A stretch of DNA of 64,000 nt from assembly GCA_009914755.4 (NCBI GenBank), contig CP086569.2:18432001-18496000 (forward strand). Reading direction: 5' to 3'. Both the position numbers and the translations under genes were made by a program. The notes under the pieces are model-generated. The model saw nothing but the letters and a program-made list of their open reading frames with translations. It made no database searches and was not told the DNA's origin. The DNA is from the human T2T-CHM13v2.0 reference genome, Homo sapiens. The number at the start of each line of letters is the position of its first letter. The first letter of the stretch is position 1. This document shows, in pieces, positions 40,161-53,424 of the stretch.

Positions 40161-41894
40161 AAAAGCGGCGAAGCCAGGGACTCAATGACACAAGCAGGCC
40201 TGGAACAGGGGCTTCCGGGAAGGCCCTGCCGTCTGTGGGACAACCCCAGCCTCGCTGCTTTTATCCCCAGGCTGCCTCAACTTTCCCGTTCAGGCCTGAT
40301 GTGCTGTCCCCTTCCCCGAGGTCCTTCTTGCAGCTTTGTGGTGCTACCCATGGGTGAGACACGCACCCTGGGTGCAAGCCAGGGACTCCACGACCCTCCT
40401 CCCGACACATACACCGTCCCGATGCAGGGGCTGCGAGAAAGGCACTGTCATCCATGGGACGCCCACGGCTCGCCGCTTTTTTCCTCATGCTGTCTGAACT
40501 TCCTCTTTCAAGCTTGGCATCCTGTTTCTTTCCACCTATGGCCTACTTGCCGCTTGGAGGCACCCCCCCACCCCCCCAACTGTGGACGAGTCACGCACCC
40601 TGGATGCAAGCCAGGGACTCTACGACTTCCCTGGTTCTGGCACAGAGGCTGCTGGGAAGGCTCTGTCCTCCGTGGGAAGTTTTTTCCTGGACTGCCTCAA
40701 CGTCCCCTTTCAAGCCTTGCGTCCTGTTCCCTTCCCCTGGGGACCTTCTTGACGCTTTGGGGTGCCCCCCATGGGCAAGACACGTCCGCTGGGTGGCAGC
40801 AAGGTACTCCACGACCACCGGGCACTTGACTCGGGGGCTGCAGGAAAGGCACTATCGTCCGTGGGAGGACTCCAGCCTTACCACTTTTTTCCTCGGGCTG
40901 CCTCAATGTCCTCCTTCACGAAGACTGACATGCTCTCCCCTTCCTTCCGGGGCTTTCTTGACGTTTTGGGTTATCCCCGTGGGCGAGAAACGCACCCTGA
41001 GTGCACACCAGGTATCCACGGTCCCTCGGTTCCGGCGCAGAGGCTGCTGGGAAGACACTGTCGTCCGTGGGAGGATCCCTGCCCACCGCTTTTTCCCTGT
41101 GCTGCCTCAGAAGTCTTCTTTCAAGCCTGGCATCTTGTTCCCTTCCTTTAGGGGCTTTCGTGTTGCTTTGAGATGCCCCCCTTGGGCGTGACCCGCAGCT
41201 GGGTGCAAGGCAGAAGCTCCACCACTCGCCTGGCCCGGAGCAGGGTCTGCCAGGAAGGCACTGTTGCCATGGGAAGTTTTTCCTTGTACTGTCTCAACGT
41301 CCCCTTTCAAGCCTGGAGCTCTGTTCCCGTCCCCCGGGGGTCTTCTTGCCGCTTTGAAGTGCCCCCCATAGGCCTGACACGGACCCTGGGTGCAAGACAG
41401 GGACTCCACGACCACCCCGGCCCCAACACAGGGGCTGCCAGGAAGGCACTGCCATCTGTTGAACGACCCCGGCCCGCCTTTTTTTTTTTTTTTCCGTGTT
41501 GCCTCAATGTCCCCTATTAAGATTGGCGTCCTGTTCCCTTCCCCCAGAGGCCTTCTTGCCACTTTGGGGTGTCCCCATGAGCACGGCATGCCCCCTGGGT
41601 GCAAGTCAAGGACTCCACGACTTCCCAAATCCCGGCCCAGGGTCGGCTGGACAGGCACTGTTTTCCGTGGGAAGTTTTTTCCCGGACTGCCTCATCTTCC
41701 CCTTTAAAGGCTGTCCCTCCTGTTCCTTTCCCTCGGGGGTTTTCTTGACGCTTTCTGGTGCCCCTCGTGGGGGTGACACGCACCCTGGGTGTAAGCCAGG
41801 GACTGCACGACCCCCGCGGTTTCTGTTCTTATTTATGGTAAAAGTAGGGAACTCTGCTTATGCACATCAACGGAATCATTATTATACGCAGACG

Positions 41895-42062
41895 ATTTGG
41901 ACGTCGAAGGAGAGAAACCTTGGTGAGGGGTAGGGGATAAAACAGGAGGGGGAAGGGAAGGAGGCACAGTAGTTCACTCTGGAGTGTTTTCTAGCCTGGG
42001 GTGAGTGGGGCGACACGGAGGGCAACTCAGGAAACAAGCTGATTCCAGAAAAGACACCGGGC
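41895..42062 (+). repeat. Low-copy direct repeat, copy 1 (about 170 bp, about 90% identical to 45372–45548)
   Basis: cgaaggagagaaaccttggtgaggggtaggggataaaacaggagggggaagggaaggaggcacagtagttcactctggagtgttttctagcctggggtgagtggggcgacacggagggcaactcaggaaacaagctgattccagaaaagacaccg. Confidence 0.75.
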
Positions 42063-42135
42063 ATGATGGCGAGCGTCTGCAGTCCCAGCTACCCGGTGGA
42101 GGTGGGCGGGGGAGGCAGAAGAATCGCTTGAACCT
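42057..42135 (+). mobile_element. Alu right-arm fragment
   Basis: gggcatgatggcgagcgtctgcagtcccagctacccggtggaggtgggcgggggaggcagaagaatcgcttgaacc. Confidence 0.6.
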
Positions 42136-44289
42136 CATTGGCTCACCTTTCGAATTACCAGCGAAGGCTTTCTCACCAAGTTTTTGTCACACTCTTTCCC
42201 CACCAGTTACCCCTTCCTGAAGATTCGCTCATGGACCCCTGGGGAAGATAGTGGTCTGCCTTATGACCAAAAGACTGGAAAATTTTGAGTGCTTTCTATC
42301 AGGGCCGTTGCCTGGCATGCATGCACTCACCCCCAAAGTCCCGCTGTTTATCCACCTTTCTCTCTGGGGCAAAAGGCCTCTCCGAGGCCGACACAACACG
42401 ATAGTACACAGAATCTTACCGCACTCGCTCCTGCGTCGTGGGCGCACTTGGCAGAGTGAAACAAGGAACTTGGCGCTCAACAGAGGAGGCAGCATCTCTT
42501 ATCGAGTGGGAGGGACCTGCCTCACTCATCCGCCTCGCCCCGCTCAACGACCTCTTCAGGATGCACTTGCAAACACCGTGGTGGCGGTTATACGAGAGGC
42601 CACTTGGGGTTGGCACAACCCGCCACCATTTTGTCTCGGGCAGTCTGGAGCACTCCTGGATCACCACAAAGGCCCTGGTCGTGTCAACCCTCTCGCATCC
42701 CAGAAAGGGCAGCATGATGTTTGGTAGGGACATGCCCCATGGCCCCGGAGAGGTGCAGTGTCCACCCGCAAGGCAACAACCACAGGAAGCCAGAGCAAAG
42801 GTGCCCGCTGTGTCAGAGGACCCCACCAATCTTCTTGAAGTCACGAGGCTCAAGGCGTGAGGGCAGCGAGGTCACCGCAAATTCCCTGCCCCATGCCTCC
42901 CAACACACTACCCGTGAGTGGGGAAGAGAGACAAGGGGCCCGACAAGCAGAAGAAGAAGAACTCTTCCATTAACTGTGTATTTCCATCCTTTGCTTCTCG
43001 TGGCTTACTCCCAGCCTGGGAGAGCGTAAAGTCACCACATCCATCGTGAAAAGCCCAATAATGGGCGGTGGTTGAGCTGGGGTCAGTCTTGAAGAAACTG
43101 ATGAGCATAACAGCCCAGCCAGGCTCACTCCGGGATAGGGACAGCAGACAATTTAAGGTGGAATGCCTGACATTCACAGCGAAGAGCCAACAGAGTGGGG
43201 TTGTTCTGACCACCCTGTGCCCGCAGCCGGGAGCACACTGGTCACGGGAGCCCGAGCTGCCTTCCCTGCCAGGGTCAAAGGCCCAGAAACCTGGGGCACC
43301 ACGGACAGTTATGACACTAGGATGCGTGAGAGCAGGCACACAGGTCCCAGCAATCAGCTAAAACTGGAACAGGGCCGGTTAGCTGGGTTACCAGTATACC
43401 AGAGCTTCACACGCATCTAGAGGCCCAATGTAATTGCCAGGCAGCGTGTCAGCAACAACCTGGTGGCCCAAAATGTCGACTCAGAGTGAAAGATATACCT
43501 TGCCTGGTGGAGGGGTGTCGAGTCAGTGACCACACCACCTGAGCAGAAACGCGTGACCTGGACATCTTTCCCAAAAAAAGGCCACCATGGCAGCCAGACA
43601 CGGAACACCCAGGGCCCTCTGGTTGACCCCAGGACACACACAGGAGCAGCACTGGGCCAGGGACAAACTCCTGGTTACCCGTACAATGCAGGGGCTGGCC
43701 CATTTTTCCAGAGCTAGACTGGGAGTTATTTTTGGCTGGCCCCTAGCATGACTGGATCACATGAGGGACCAAAGCCTGGCCAGGTGCCACCTCTTGGACC
43801 ACATGCATGCTCAGGGACCGCTCTCCAACTCTGCATGGGGACTTCAAAAAAAAGATCAGGGCAGAGGGACTAGGGCTTGGCAGGTGCATCAGACCTGCAC
43901 TGGCCTGCCACTGGGCCGGGAAGGGCATCCCCAGCCACCAGCGCCATGCCCAATACGTCCTTGTGGATCTCGGGCCAAGCCTCAGGAGTTGTGGCATGCT
44001 GTTCGACCAGCCAGGGCAGCCCCACACTGCCCTGGGGCACGGAAGCACCGCGACAGCCTCCCCCAGCAAAGCCCTGGACTGCCAGCTCTGACTCACAAGT
44101 GACGCGCCAGAGTCCCAGATGGCAGGGCAGCCCATGACTGGGAAACCCAAACCATGAGTCGAAGTCTTTTTGAGGCCGAAAACGCAGCCCCTCCTCCCCA
44201 ACTTCACAGAAACCGTTCTCCAAACGTGTCTCTGCATAGACTGCGACTGAGTCAAAAGACAACCCGTGGCGCATGAGAGTTTGAAGATG

Positions 44290-45102
<813 letters not shown>

Positions 45103-45371
45103 TTAAGAAAGAAATGAAAGGAGAAAGATAGATGAAAAAAACTAAAAAAATAGTAAAACTATTTTTCTAAAAAACTCTAAAAAACTCTAAAAAAATAGCC
45201 GAGGGCGGTGGGGGGTGGGGTGGGTGGGGGATCGGTGGCTATGATGCACTTTCCACTTTACCAATATGCTGGCTGGGGAAAGACAAATATTAAACATAAC
45301 TTAACGGTAAAAACTGACTATGGCGGCTTAGCCAAGGTACTTGAGTTTCCCTAAGGAGGGAGGGAGAGAGG

Positions 45372-45548
45372 AAGAGGAAAGCTGCCGGCATGAAGGAGAG
45401 AAACCGAGGTGAGGGGGAGGGGACAAAACAGGACGGGGAAGGGAAGGAGGCACAGTAGTTCACTCTGGAATGTTTTCTAGCCTGGGGTGGGTGGGGGGAC
45501 ACGGAGGGCAACTCAGGAAACAAGCTGATTCTGGAAAAGACACCGAAT
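45372..45548 (+). repeat. Low-copy direct repeat, copy 2 (matches 41895–42062)
   Basis: gaaggagagaaaccgaggtgagggggaggggacaaaacaggacggggaagggaaggaggcacagtagttcactctggaatgttttctagcctggggtgggtggggggacacggagggcaactcaggaaacaagctgattctggaaaagacaccg. Confidence 0.75.
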
Positions 45549-46225
45549 TCATAGTGTTGCCATCCCTGCTTTGAAAGGTGTGAAGTGCATGCTGCTTCCT
45601 CCACACTCATTCAGTTAATCCTGAGAAATGTCTTTTAGTCCCAAACGCCTGACATCTACCTGCTTTCACAACATCTGGGGAGAATCAGAAAAGTCCCCAC
45701 TAAAGAAAAGGCCTAGGGTGGAACTGCCGTCTGTAAAACCCAGGCAGAAGAGTCCACGCGGGTCAAACACACAAAGAATAGGAAGCAACTGATGAAGAAG
45801 ATCAACAATCTGGCCCAGCCAGAATCTCCAGAGGTTTTCTAGGCAACGATGGAGGGGATGAACGGATGGAGGTAGGGCGGGCCTCTGAGGGTTGGGGTAG
45901 GACTGAGGGGAGCAGAGAGAAGACACACTCACCCCTTACCATGGGCGGGCGGCCACGGCATCCTGTGAGCCTCCTAGACTTCAAAAACGGTGACAGCTAG
46001 ATGACACGAGACGACAACGGATGGAAGTGTCAGCCCGGCGCCCTTTCAGGAGCTCCCAACAACTAATCCACCACAGCCCTTGCGGGGGAAGAAGCACCAT
46101 GGCTCGGGAAAACATGGAGAAACACATGTGCCTATGCACGTGCACACGCACACCATATCCCACAATATAGACACGTTTATACCGTGATAATGAGAGAGCC
46201 CATTTCTAGTGCAAAAGAAGCAGTC

Positions 46226-46551
46226 TGGGCTTGGCGGCCCAAGCCAGTAACCCCAGCACTTTGGGAGGCCAAGGCGGGAAGAACACCTGAGGTCAAGAGT
46301 TCCAAACCAGTCTGGTCAACATGGCAAAACCCCGTCTTTAAGAAAAACGCAAAAATTAGATGAGCATGGTGGTGGGCACCTGTAATCCCAGCTCCTCAGG
46401 AGGCTGAGGCAAGATACTCACTTGAACTCAGGAGGTGGAGGTTGCAGTGAGCTGAGATCTCACAACTGCACTCCAGCCTGGGCAACAGAGGAAGACTCCA
46501 TCGCAAAAAAAAAAAAAATAATAATAAATAATAAATAAATAAATAAATAAA
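46226..46551 (+). mobile_element. Alu SINE with (AAAT)n-rich tail
   Basis: gggcttggcggcccaagccagtaaccccagcactttgggaggccaaggcggg...cactccagcctgggcaacagaggaagactccatc, A-run, (ataa)n. Confidence 0.9.
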
Positions 46552-46769
46552 TTGATTCCACCTTTAAATGTATGCACTGTTAAGATTACGCAGATAGCTT
46601 AGAAGGTATATAAGCTTTATACACATTTGTAATTTTGAGTCAATCTGGTGATATTATCAGGCCGTCTCCCTGTAAGTGGTCACAGAAATAAAAACTCCCT
46701 TTTTTTAGTTCATCTGTATGTCATTATCAGGTCGGGAGAATAAGCAGCCCCACCCTCAGTTTGGTCTGG

Positions 46770-47035
46770 GAACAATTACACTCCAGCCTGGGTGACAGAG
46801 GGAGATTTTGTCTCAGAAAAGAAACAAGAAAACCATTTTTTAAAAAATCGAAGATAATTAGCGGGGCATTGTGCTGTGCTGTGGCTCATTCCCATGCCTG
46901 TAGGCCCAGCTACTCTGGAGGCTGAGGCAGAGGAATATTGCTTTGAGCCTAGCAGTTCAAGGTCACAGTAAGCTATGGTCCTACCACTGCATTCCAGCCT
47001 CGGCGACACAGGAAGGCCCCGTTTCTAAAAAATAC
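46770..47035 (+). mobile_element. Two Alu fragments (3' end at 46770–46830; right arm at 46860–47035)
   Basis: ..cactccagcctgggtgacagagggagattttgtctc.. and ..ggcccagctactctggaggctgaggcagaggaatattgctttgagcctagcagttcaaggtcacagtaagctatggtcctaccactgcattccagcctcggcgacac. Confidence 0.7.
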
Positions 47036-47482
47036 ATGAATAAATGAATAGATGAATGTAAAAAAATGCAAGGAGGTGGCAGAGCACGGGAAGGCTTGAC
47101 TCATTCCTAAACACTAGAGCAGAAAAACAGGACCATCCATGTGAGACATAAGCTATTCCAAATCACAGTGGAATAAGCAAGTGGAAGAGCAAGGCCCTGC
47201 CATTATCTGCAGATAACCATTCTTTCTATCCAGCTAGCCTCTGGCTATTAGTAGAAACCAAATGCCCAACCATGGGGCCACGAAGTTACCATGTGAGCTG
47301 AGCCGCTCATCACACACTGGGCGTAAGTGGGTGTGCACAGCAGCACTCCAGCATGACACAGAAATGCTGTGGACCTGATTGGGTCCGAACAGATCCTGAA
47401 GCACAAGTAAGTTCCATGAGAAAGTGGCCCAAATGCCCATGATGCCTAGTCAAGAAATGAGCCGAGTTAAGAAATTACACAT

Positions 47483-47530
47483 AGCCGGGCGCAGTGGCTC
47501 ATGCCTGTAATCTTATCACTTTGTGTTGGG
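47483..47530 (+). mobile_element. Alu 5' fragment
   Basis: agccgggcgcagtggctcatgcctgtaatcttatcactttg. Confidence 0.6.
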
Positions 47531-48067
47531 GAAACCAGCCCTACACCAGCCAGCAGGTACCACGAGTCCAGCAGAGACAAAGGAGTTGTAAAGAGAAAAA
47601 AATAAATGTTTAAAAGGCGGGTCCAGGGGACCGGAGCATCTGAGGCTTGTTCACAGCCCAGAGCTCTCGAGCTCTGCTGAATTTGTTGGTTTACAAGCTC
47701 TTTGTTCTTAGGGCAGATGGGAGGGGTAGAAAGGGATAAGGTAGAGGATTAATCAGTGTCACTCAATAAGATGTGTAGCAGCAGTTTTTTGTGAATTTCC
47801 TTGAGCAAAGGCGTGTGTCTAAACTACTCAAGATCTTTAACTTATCAGGACTGAAATGGGTGTGAGTGGGTTTCAGGAGGAGCCAACACGTTTGGTTATA
47901 CTCCACTGCTTCAAAGGAGGTATCTCCCTTGCCAACCTGTGGAATGCCTCTGAGCTGTTATGCTTTCAGGGCATAAAGACATGAAGGCAATAAGGAGATA
48001 TTTCTCCTCAGAGGCCACCCATGGCTCCACATGGATGTCTCATACAGGGGAGACCAACCCATCTGGC

Positions 48068-48370
<303 letters not shown>

Positions 48371-48392
48371 AAAGTACACGTAAAATTATACA

Positions 48393-48457
48393 TAGCTGGG
48401 TGCAGTGGCTCACACCTGTAATCTCAGCAATTAGGGAGCCTGAGACAGGTGGATCAG
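48393..48457 (+). mobile_element. Alu 5' fragment
   Basis: gctgggtgcagtggctcacacctgtaatctcagcaattagggagcctgagacaggtggatcag. Confidence 0.6.
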
Positions 48458-48589
48458 TTTGTAGCATCATTGCTGCCTTGAAAGGACAGAGAAGTATGTT
48501 TATGTCACTGTTGGTTTTATTTTTTTTTCCTTTTTTACCGGAAACACTTACTTTTTATATTATTATTATTATTATCATTATTATTATTT

Positions 48590-49181
<592 letters not shown>

Positions 49182-49982
49182 TGTATATTCATTTTTTTAA
49201 CTGATCAAAGAACAATCAGAACCACTCATCAGGGTGGCAATTCCCTTGGCAACAAGGGAGGGAGAAACTTGGAGGTGGGGGTGGGGGCAGTGGAGAAGAC
49301 ACAGCTGCCTTGGGCTGTGCCCAGGTGCCATGAGCTTTCTTCCTCCTTGAGGCCTCGGTTTTCAGAGTAACAATGGCTGCTAGGTGATGCCCATTAGGTG
49401 AATAGGGTGGCATATGCCAATGAGAGTGTCAGCCCGCAATGAATTGGCATCACCCGGAGTGGGGAAAGGAGGGGAAGGATGGAAGTCCCCACAGTACACT
49501 GGGTCACAGCACCCTCGCAGGCAGTCCCCATAACTAATCAACCAGGGCCCCTGGGGGGGGGACACAGCCTAAGTCCCCACCCATCAGATCATCTGGAACT
49601 TCCATCCAAATACCGACTGGAAATTCTCTCAGTCAAGCTCCAAACCTAAAAGAATCACTGCCACACCCACCAGGACTAACACAACTTTTAAAAGAATCAT
49701 TTCTGTGTTTTAGGTGCATCCGTGTATTTCTGTACAACAAAATTATTTATTTTAAATGTTACTAGTTTTTTGCTTCTTACGTGTACAGTCTCATGATAGA
49801 TAGACAAGGGGACTCTTCAGTCCAGAGTCCATGAGGCCAGAAGCTGACATCCTCAGTTCTTATTCAGAATGAATTTAAACAAGCCAGCCAAGCGCCCTGC
49901 CATGAAACTCCTGGAAAGACAAGCGATTAAGAAAAGAAAAGAAAAACAAAGTAAAAAACAAACAAACAAACAAAAAACAATG

Positions 49983-50130
49983 CCGTCAGGAGCAGTAGCT
50001 CATGCCTTTAATCCCCGCACTTTGGGAGCCTGAGAGCGGGTGGATTCCTTGATTCCAGGCAATCAAGACCAGCCTTGGCAACATGGTGAAACCTCATCTC
50101 TTCAAAAATACAAAAATTAGCTGGCTTCAT
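49983..50130 (+). mobile_element. Alu left-monomer fragment
   Basis: gtcaggagcagtagctcatgcctttaatccccgcactttgggagcctgagagcgggtggattccttgattccaggcaatcaagaccagccttggcaacatggtgaaacctcatctc. Confidence 0.7.
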
Positions 50131-50261
50131 AATTTGGACTCAAAATTAATAAATAAATAGTTTGAAATTTAAAATGTAAAAATATCTTAATTGCTGTATT
50201 CTGTTATTTTTGCATCCTATCGTGAGAAGGACATAATATAGGTATTATCTGTCTCTCTGTT

Positions 50262-50516
50262 TGCAACAGGGTCTCGCTCTGTCTGTAGCCCAGGATGGAG
50301 TGCAGTGACATCATCATGGCTCACTGCAGCCTCAACCACCCCAGGGTCAGGTGATTCTCCCACTTCAGCCTCCTGAGTAGCTAAGACCCCAGGCATGCAC
50401 CTCAGGTTTTGGCTGTGTTGTCCAAGGCTTGTCTCGAGCTCCCAGGCTCAAGAGATCCTGCCGCCTTGGCCTCCCAAAGTGTTGGGGTTTCAGGCTTGAG
50501 TCGCCGCACCCAGCCT
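50262..50516 (-). mobile_element. Old Alu (AluJ-like), antisense
   Basis: ..gggtctcgctctgtctgtagcccaggatggagtgcagtgacatcatcatggctcactgcagcctcaaccacc...cctcccaaagtgttggggtttcaggcttgagtcgccgcacccagcc. Confidence 0.8.
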
Positions 50517-51091
50517 GACTTAATACATCTGGTCTCACTACGTCCTGACTACATGCCCTTGAAGAACTCAAGAGAGTTAGCAAGAGACTTTCAGCATTCT
50601 CTCCATAAACCAGTGAGGTGGATGGCGGCTGAGTGTCCTGGGCTCCTGTGGTTTTAGGTGGCCATGCGTAGAGGATAGATTTCAAATGTTTCCAGAGAGG
50701 TGGGAGCCACAGTCATTCGGGGCATCCAAGCTTGGGATACAGTTTCTGACAGCATCTTAAGGGCCAGGAAGGGCCAGGATCTGCCAAGGCTGGTGTTCCA
50801 CGGTGGGGACAATGGAACCCAAGGTAGAGGGAGCCATCCATCCACACTGAGCTCCAGCCCTAGACCCCACCATGCAGATTAAGTCAGAAGGAACAGTCCT
50901 TCCTCCTACACGCCACATCCCTCCACTCAACTTGGGAGCAGATCTGTTTTCCAAACATGAGGTGACTCTCTGTTTGAAATGAATCACAAGGGGCCCAGCT
51001 TTCTTGAGTCGGCAGGATAAAGAAGTCATTCTGTGACATAGAATGAGATATGCCTCGAATCTAGACTCTCCAGTTAAAACCAATGATGGTG

Positions 51092-51365
51092 GCCAGGTGC
51101 AGTGCCTCATGACTGTCATCCCAGCACTTCGGGAGGTCAAGGCTGGCAGATCACGAAGTCAGGATTGTGAGATCAGCCTGGCCAATATGGTGAAATCCTG
51201 TATTTACTAAAAAAACAAAGGTTAGCTGGATAGGGTAGCACGCACCTGTAATTTCTGCTACTCGGGGGGCTGAGGCAGGAGAATCGCTGGAAGCAAGGAG
51301 GTGGAGATTGCAGCCAGCCGAGACCATGCCACCGCCTTGGCGACAGAAGGAGACACCATTTACCT
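51092..51365 (+). mobile_element. Alu SINE
   Basis: ggccaggtgcagtgcctcatgactgtcatcccagcacttcgggaggtcaaggctggcagatcacgaagtcagg...cagccgagaccatgccaccgccttggcgacagaaggagacacc. Confidence 0.85.
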
Positions 51366-51626
51366 AGAGGGATAAAAGAACAACAGGGTCCGCACCAGGA
51401 TGGAAGTTCCCTAGGCAGTGAGGGAGAGAGGGAGGGGCCTCCAGAAGGGAAGGAGAGAAAGCAGTTGCCCCAGGCTCTGTGAAGTGGCCAGGCGGCCCTC
51501 AGTGCCACCTTTAAATAACAGTGGCCACTTTCAATAACAGTGGCCTTTCAATAACAGTGGTCACTAGGTGATGACCTACTTTTAAAAAAAGCAAAACAAA
51601 ACATTTATTTTGAAAAATTGCAATTT

Positions 51627-51895
51627 AGGCTGGGCGCGGTGACTCACACCTGTTATCCCAGCACTTTGGGAGACTGAGGCAGGCAGATCCCTGAAGGTCA
51701 GCCTGGGCAACATGGTGAAACCCTGTCTCTACTAAAAAAACAAAAGTTAGGTGAGCAGGGTGGCATACACCTGTAATCCCAGCTACTCAGGAGGCTGTGG
51801 CAGGAGAATTGCTGGAACCAGGGAGGTGGAGATTGCAGCCAGCCAAAAAAACCCCACAGCCTGGGCTACAGAACAAGACTCTATTTAAAATAAAT
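51627..51895 (+). mobile_element. Alu SINE followed by an (AAAT)n-rich tail; the flank duplicates 47040–47160
   Basis: aggctgggcgcggtgactcacacctgttatcccagcactttgggagactgaggcagg... 51905–52025 (tgcaaggaaatggcggaactcgggaaggctcccctcattcctaaagaccagagcagaaaaacaggaccatcaag) matches 47040–47160 (tgcaaggaggtggcagagcacgggaaggcttgactcattcctaaacactagagcagaaaaacaggaccatccatg). Confidence 0.85.
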
Positions 51896-52329
51896 TAGTA
51901 AATAAATAAGTGAACGAATATATGTAAAAAGAAAAATGCAAGGAAATGGCGGAACTCGGGAAGGCTCCCCTCATTCCTAAAGACCAGAGCAGAAAAACAG
52001 GACCATCAAGTTCAGACACAGGCCATTTTGAATCTGTTGTCACCATGCTCAATTGGTGCCAAAGAAGGGTAGGCTTCTGTGCCACCCATCTGTCATCACC
52101 ACCCTTGTCAAATATAATTGCAGGGTCACGACTGCACAGAGATCTCTCAACCCACTGAATGCATCCGTATTTTTATGAGCCCCGTTGGGAGAATAAACAG
52201 GATATTTAGAAAAGTACTCATCGTGCGTTATTTGGTCTCCCATGTCTCTTGTGAAACCAAACAAATTTATGGGCCATTTTTTTTTCTTTCCAGCACTTGA
52301 CCATCCATACAGTACCTAAATAAAAGAAG

Positions 52330-52700
52330 AATGAATGCATTTTATGAAACAAGGAGAAAAACAACGAAGCGAAAGTCTCAGAGGCTTGTGATACACAGGG
52401 GTATACAGAATGAGGAGACTTCCAGAATCCAAACAAAGACAGACGGAGGGATGGGAGGAAACGAATTGAGAAAAGAGACACACAAAAAGATGAAGAAAAA
52501 TAAATGCAAAGAAAAAGAGACAGAGATGTAAAGGGAAGAAAGATAAAGAAAATAGAAAGACAGAGAAACAGAAAAAGAGAATAAGAAATGACAGAAAGAA
52601 GGGAGGAAGAAAAAGAGAGAGAAGAAAGAGAAAGAAAAGAAAGAAAATGAAAGAAAGAAAGAGGAAGAAAAAAGAAAAATAAAGGAAATAAAAAAGAGAG
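52330..52700. repeat. GA/A-rich low-complexity block (patchy similarity to 44290–44530)
   Basis: Dominated by agaaag/gagaaa motifs. The ORF-track ORFs here are compositional artefacts. Confidence 0.7.
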
Positions 52701-52704
52701 AAGT

Positions 52705-52885
52705 GCATCAAGGTTTACACCTGTAATCCCAACACTTTGGGAGTTTGACATGGAAGAATTGTTTGAACCCACCATTTTGAGACCAGCCCTGACAATACAG
52801 TGAGACCATGCCTCTACTTAAATAAAATAAAATAAAATAAAATAAAATAAAATAAAATAAAATAAAATAAAATAAAATAAAATAT
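52705..52885 (+). mobile_element. Degenerate old Alu fragment followed by (AAAAT)n microsatellite (52818–52885)
   Basis: caaggtttacacctgtaatcccaacactttgggagtttgacatggaag..gagaccagccctgacaatacagtgagaccatgcctctac, then (aaaat)n. Confidence 0.7.
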
Positions 52886-52889
52886 AATA

Positions 52890-53250
52890 ATGTTAGCCGG
52901 GCATGATGGCAGGCGCCTGTACTTTCAGCTCCTTTGGAGCCTGAGGTGGGAGCATCCCTTGGGCTCGGGAGGTGGAGGCTGCGTTGGGCCTTGGTCAGGT
53001 AATGCACTGCAGCGTGTTGTCCAGGCTGGTCTTGAACTCCTGAACTCTAGCCAACTGCCTGCCTCAGCCTCCGAAATTGCACCTGCCATATTCAACGGCC
53101 CTGGGGGTATCAGTGACAGACTTTAGTAAGCATGGTTGTTATGCCATATTGCCCAGGTTGGTCTTGAACTTGAACCCGGGAATTTGAGGCTACGGTGAGC
53201 CAAGGTCATGCCACTGTACTGCAGTCTGGGTGATAAAGCAAGACCCCATC
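52890..53250. mobile_element. Mosaic Alu with internal orientation switches (Alu-Alu recombination product)
   Basis: Sense right-arm start agccgggcatgatggcaggcgcctgta..gggaggtggaggctgcg switches to antisense ..gcactgcagcgtgttgtccaggctggtcttgaactcctgaactc..cctcagcctccgaaattgc.. then back to sense ..ggtgagccaaggtcatgccactgtactgcagtctgggtgataaagcaagaccccatctc. Confidence 0.6.
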
Positions 53251-53424
53251 TCTAAATATCTAATTAATAAAAACAATAACAATAATATAAACAATAATAC
53301 AAATAAATAACAAACAACAGCAATAATAATAAACAAACTAGTGAGAGTGAAAAATATAAAAATAAAAAAGGTAATTTAGATCACAATTAATTGCAGTAAT
53401 TTCAAGGAGTTATTTCTTTAACCT

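Larger units (their letters stand above)
34930..41817 (+). repeat. CpG-rich tandem satellite array, monomer about 200 bp (175–209), about 34 copies, mostly head-to-tail with three inverted blocks
   Basis: The anchor gggtgcaagccagggactccacg recurs at 35231, 35422, 35624, 35799, 36004, 36211, 36402, 36606, 36815, 37011, 37214, 37417, ... Consensus about gggtgcaagccagggactccacgaccaccccgggcccggcgcaggggctgccgggaaggcactgtcgtccgtgggaggaccccggcc.cgccgcttttttccccgtgctgcctcaacgtcccctttcaagcctggcgtcctgttcccttcccccggaggccttcttgccgctttggggtgcccccgtgggcgagacacgcaccct. The array ends at ..gggactgcacgacccccgcgg. Confidence 0.9.

Noticed and set aside
34666-41658. Many long ORFs (up to 259 aa) on both strands inside the 200-bp satellite and 5S units.
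   Set aside because: The DNA is GC-rich and stop-poor. ORFs overlap in all six frames, translate to low-complexity Pro/Gly/Arg/Ala strings, and the repeat period is not a multiple of 3. There is no coding signal.
34930-41817. Regular tandem array, considered as a CRISPR array.
   Set aside because: This is a eukaryotic (primate) sequence. Monomers are about 200 bp with no unique spacers and no cas genes, so it is a satellite and not a CRISPR array.
42466-42484. ttggcgctcaacagagg resembling a retroviral tRNA-Lys primer-binding site.
   Set aside because: Only about 13/17 matches, with no recognisable LTR upstream and no gag/pol remnants downstream. The ERV interpretation is unsupported.
52218-52775. 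Minus-strand ORFs of 131–185 aa rich in F/L/S.
   Set aside because: They are the antisense reading of a GA/A-rich low-complexity tract (poly-purine gives poly-Phe/Leu/Ser). They are not genes.
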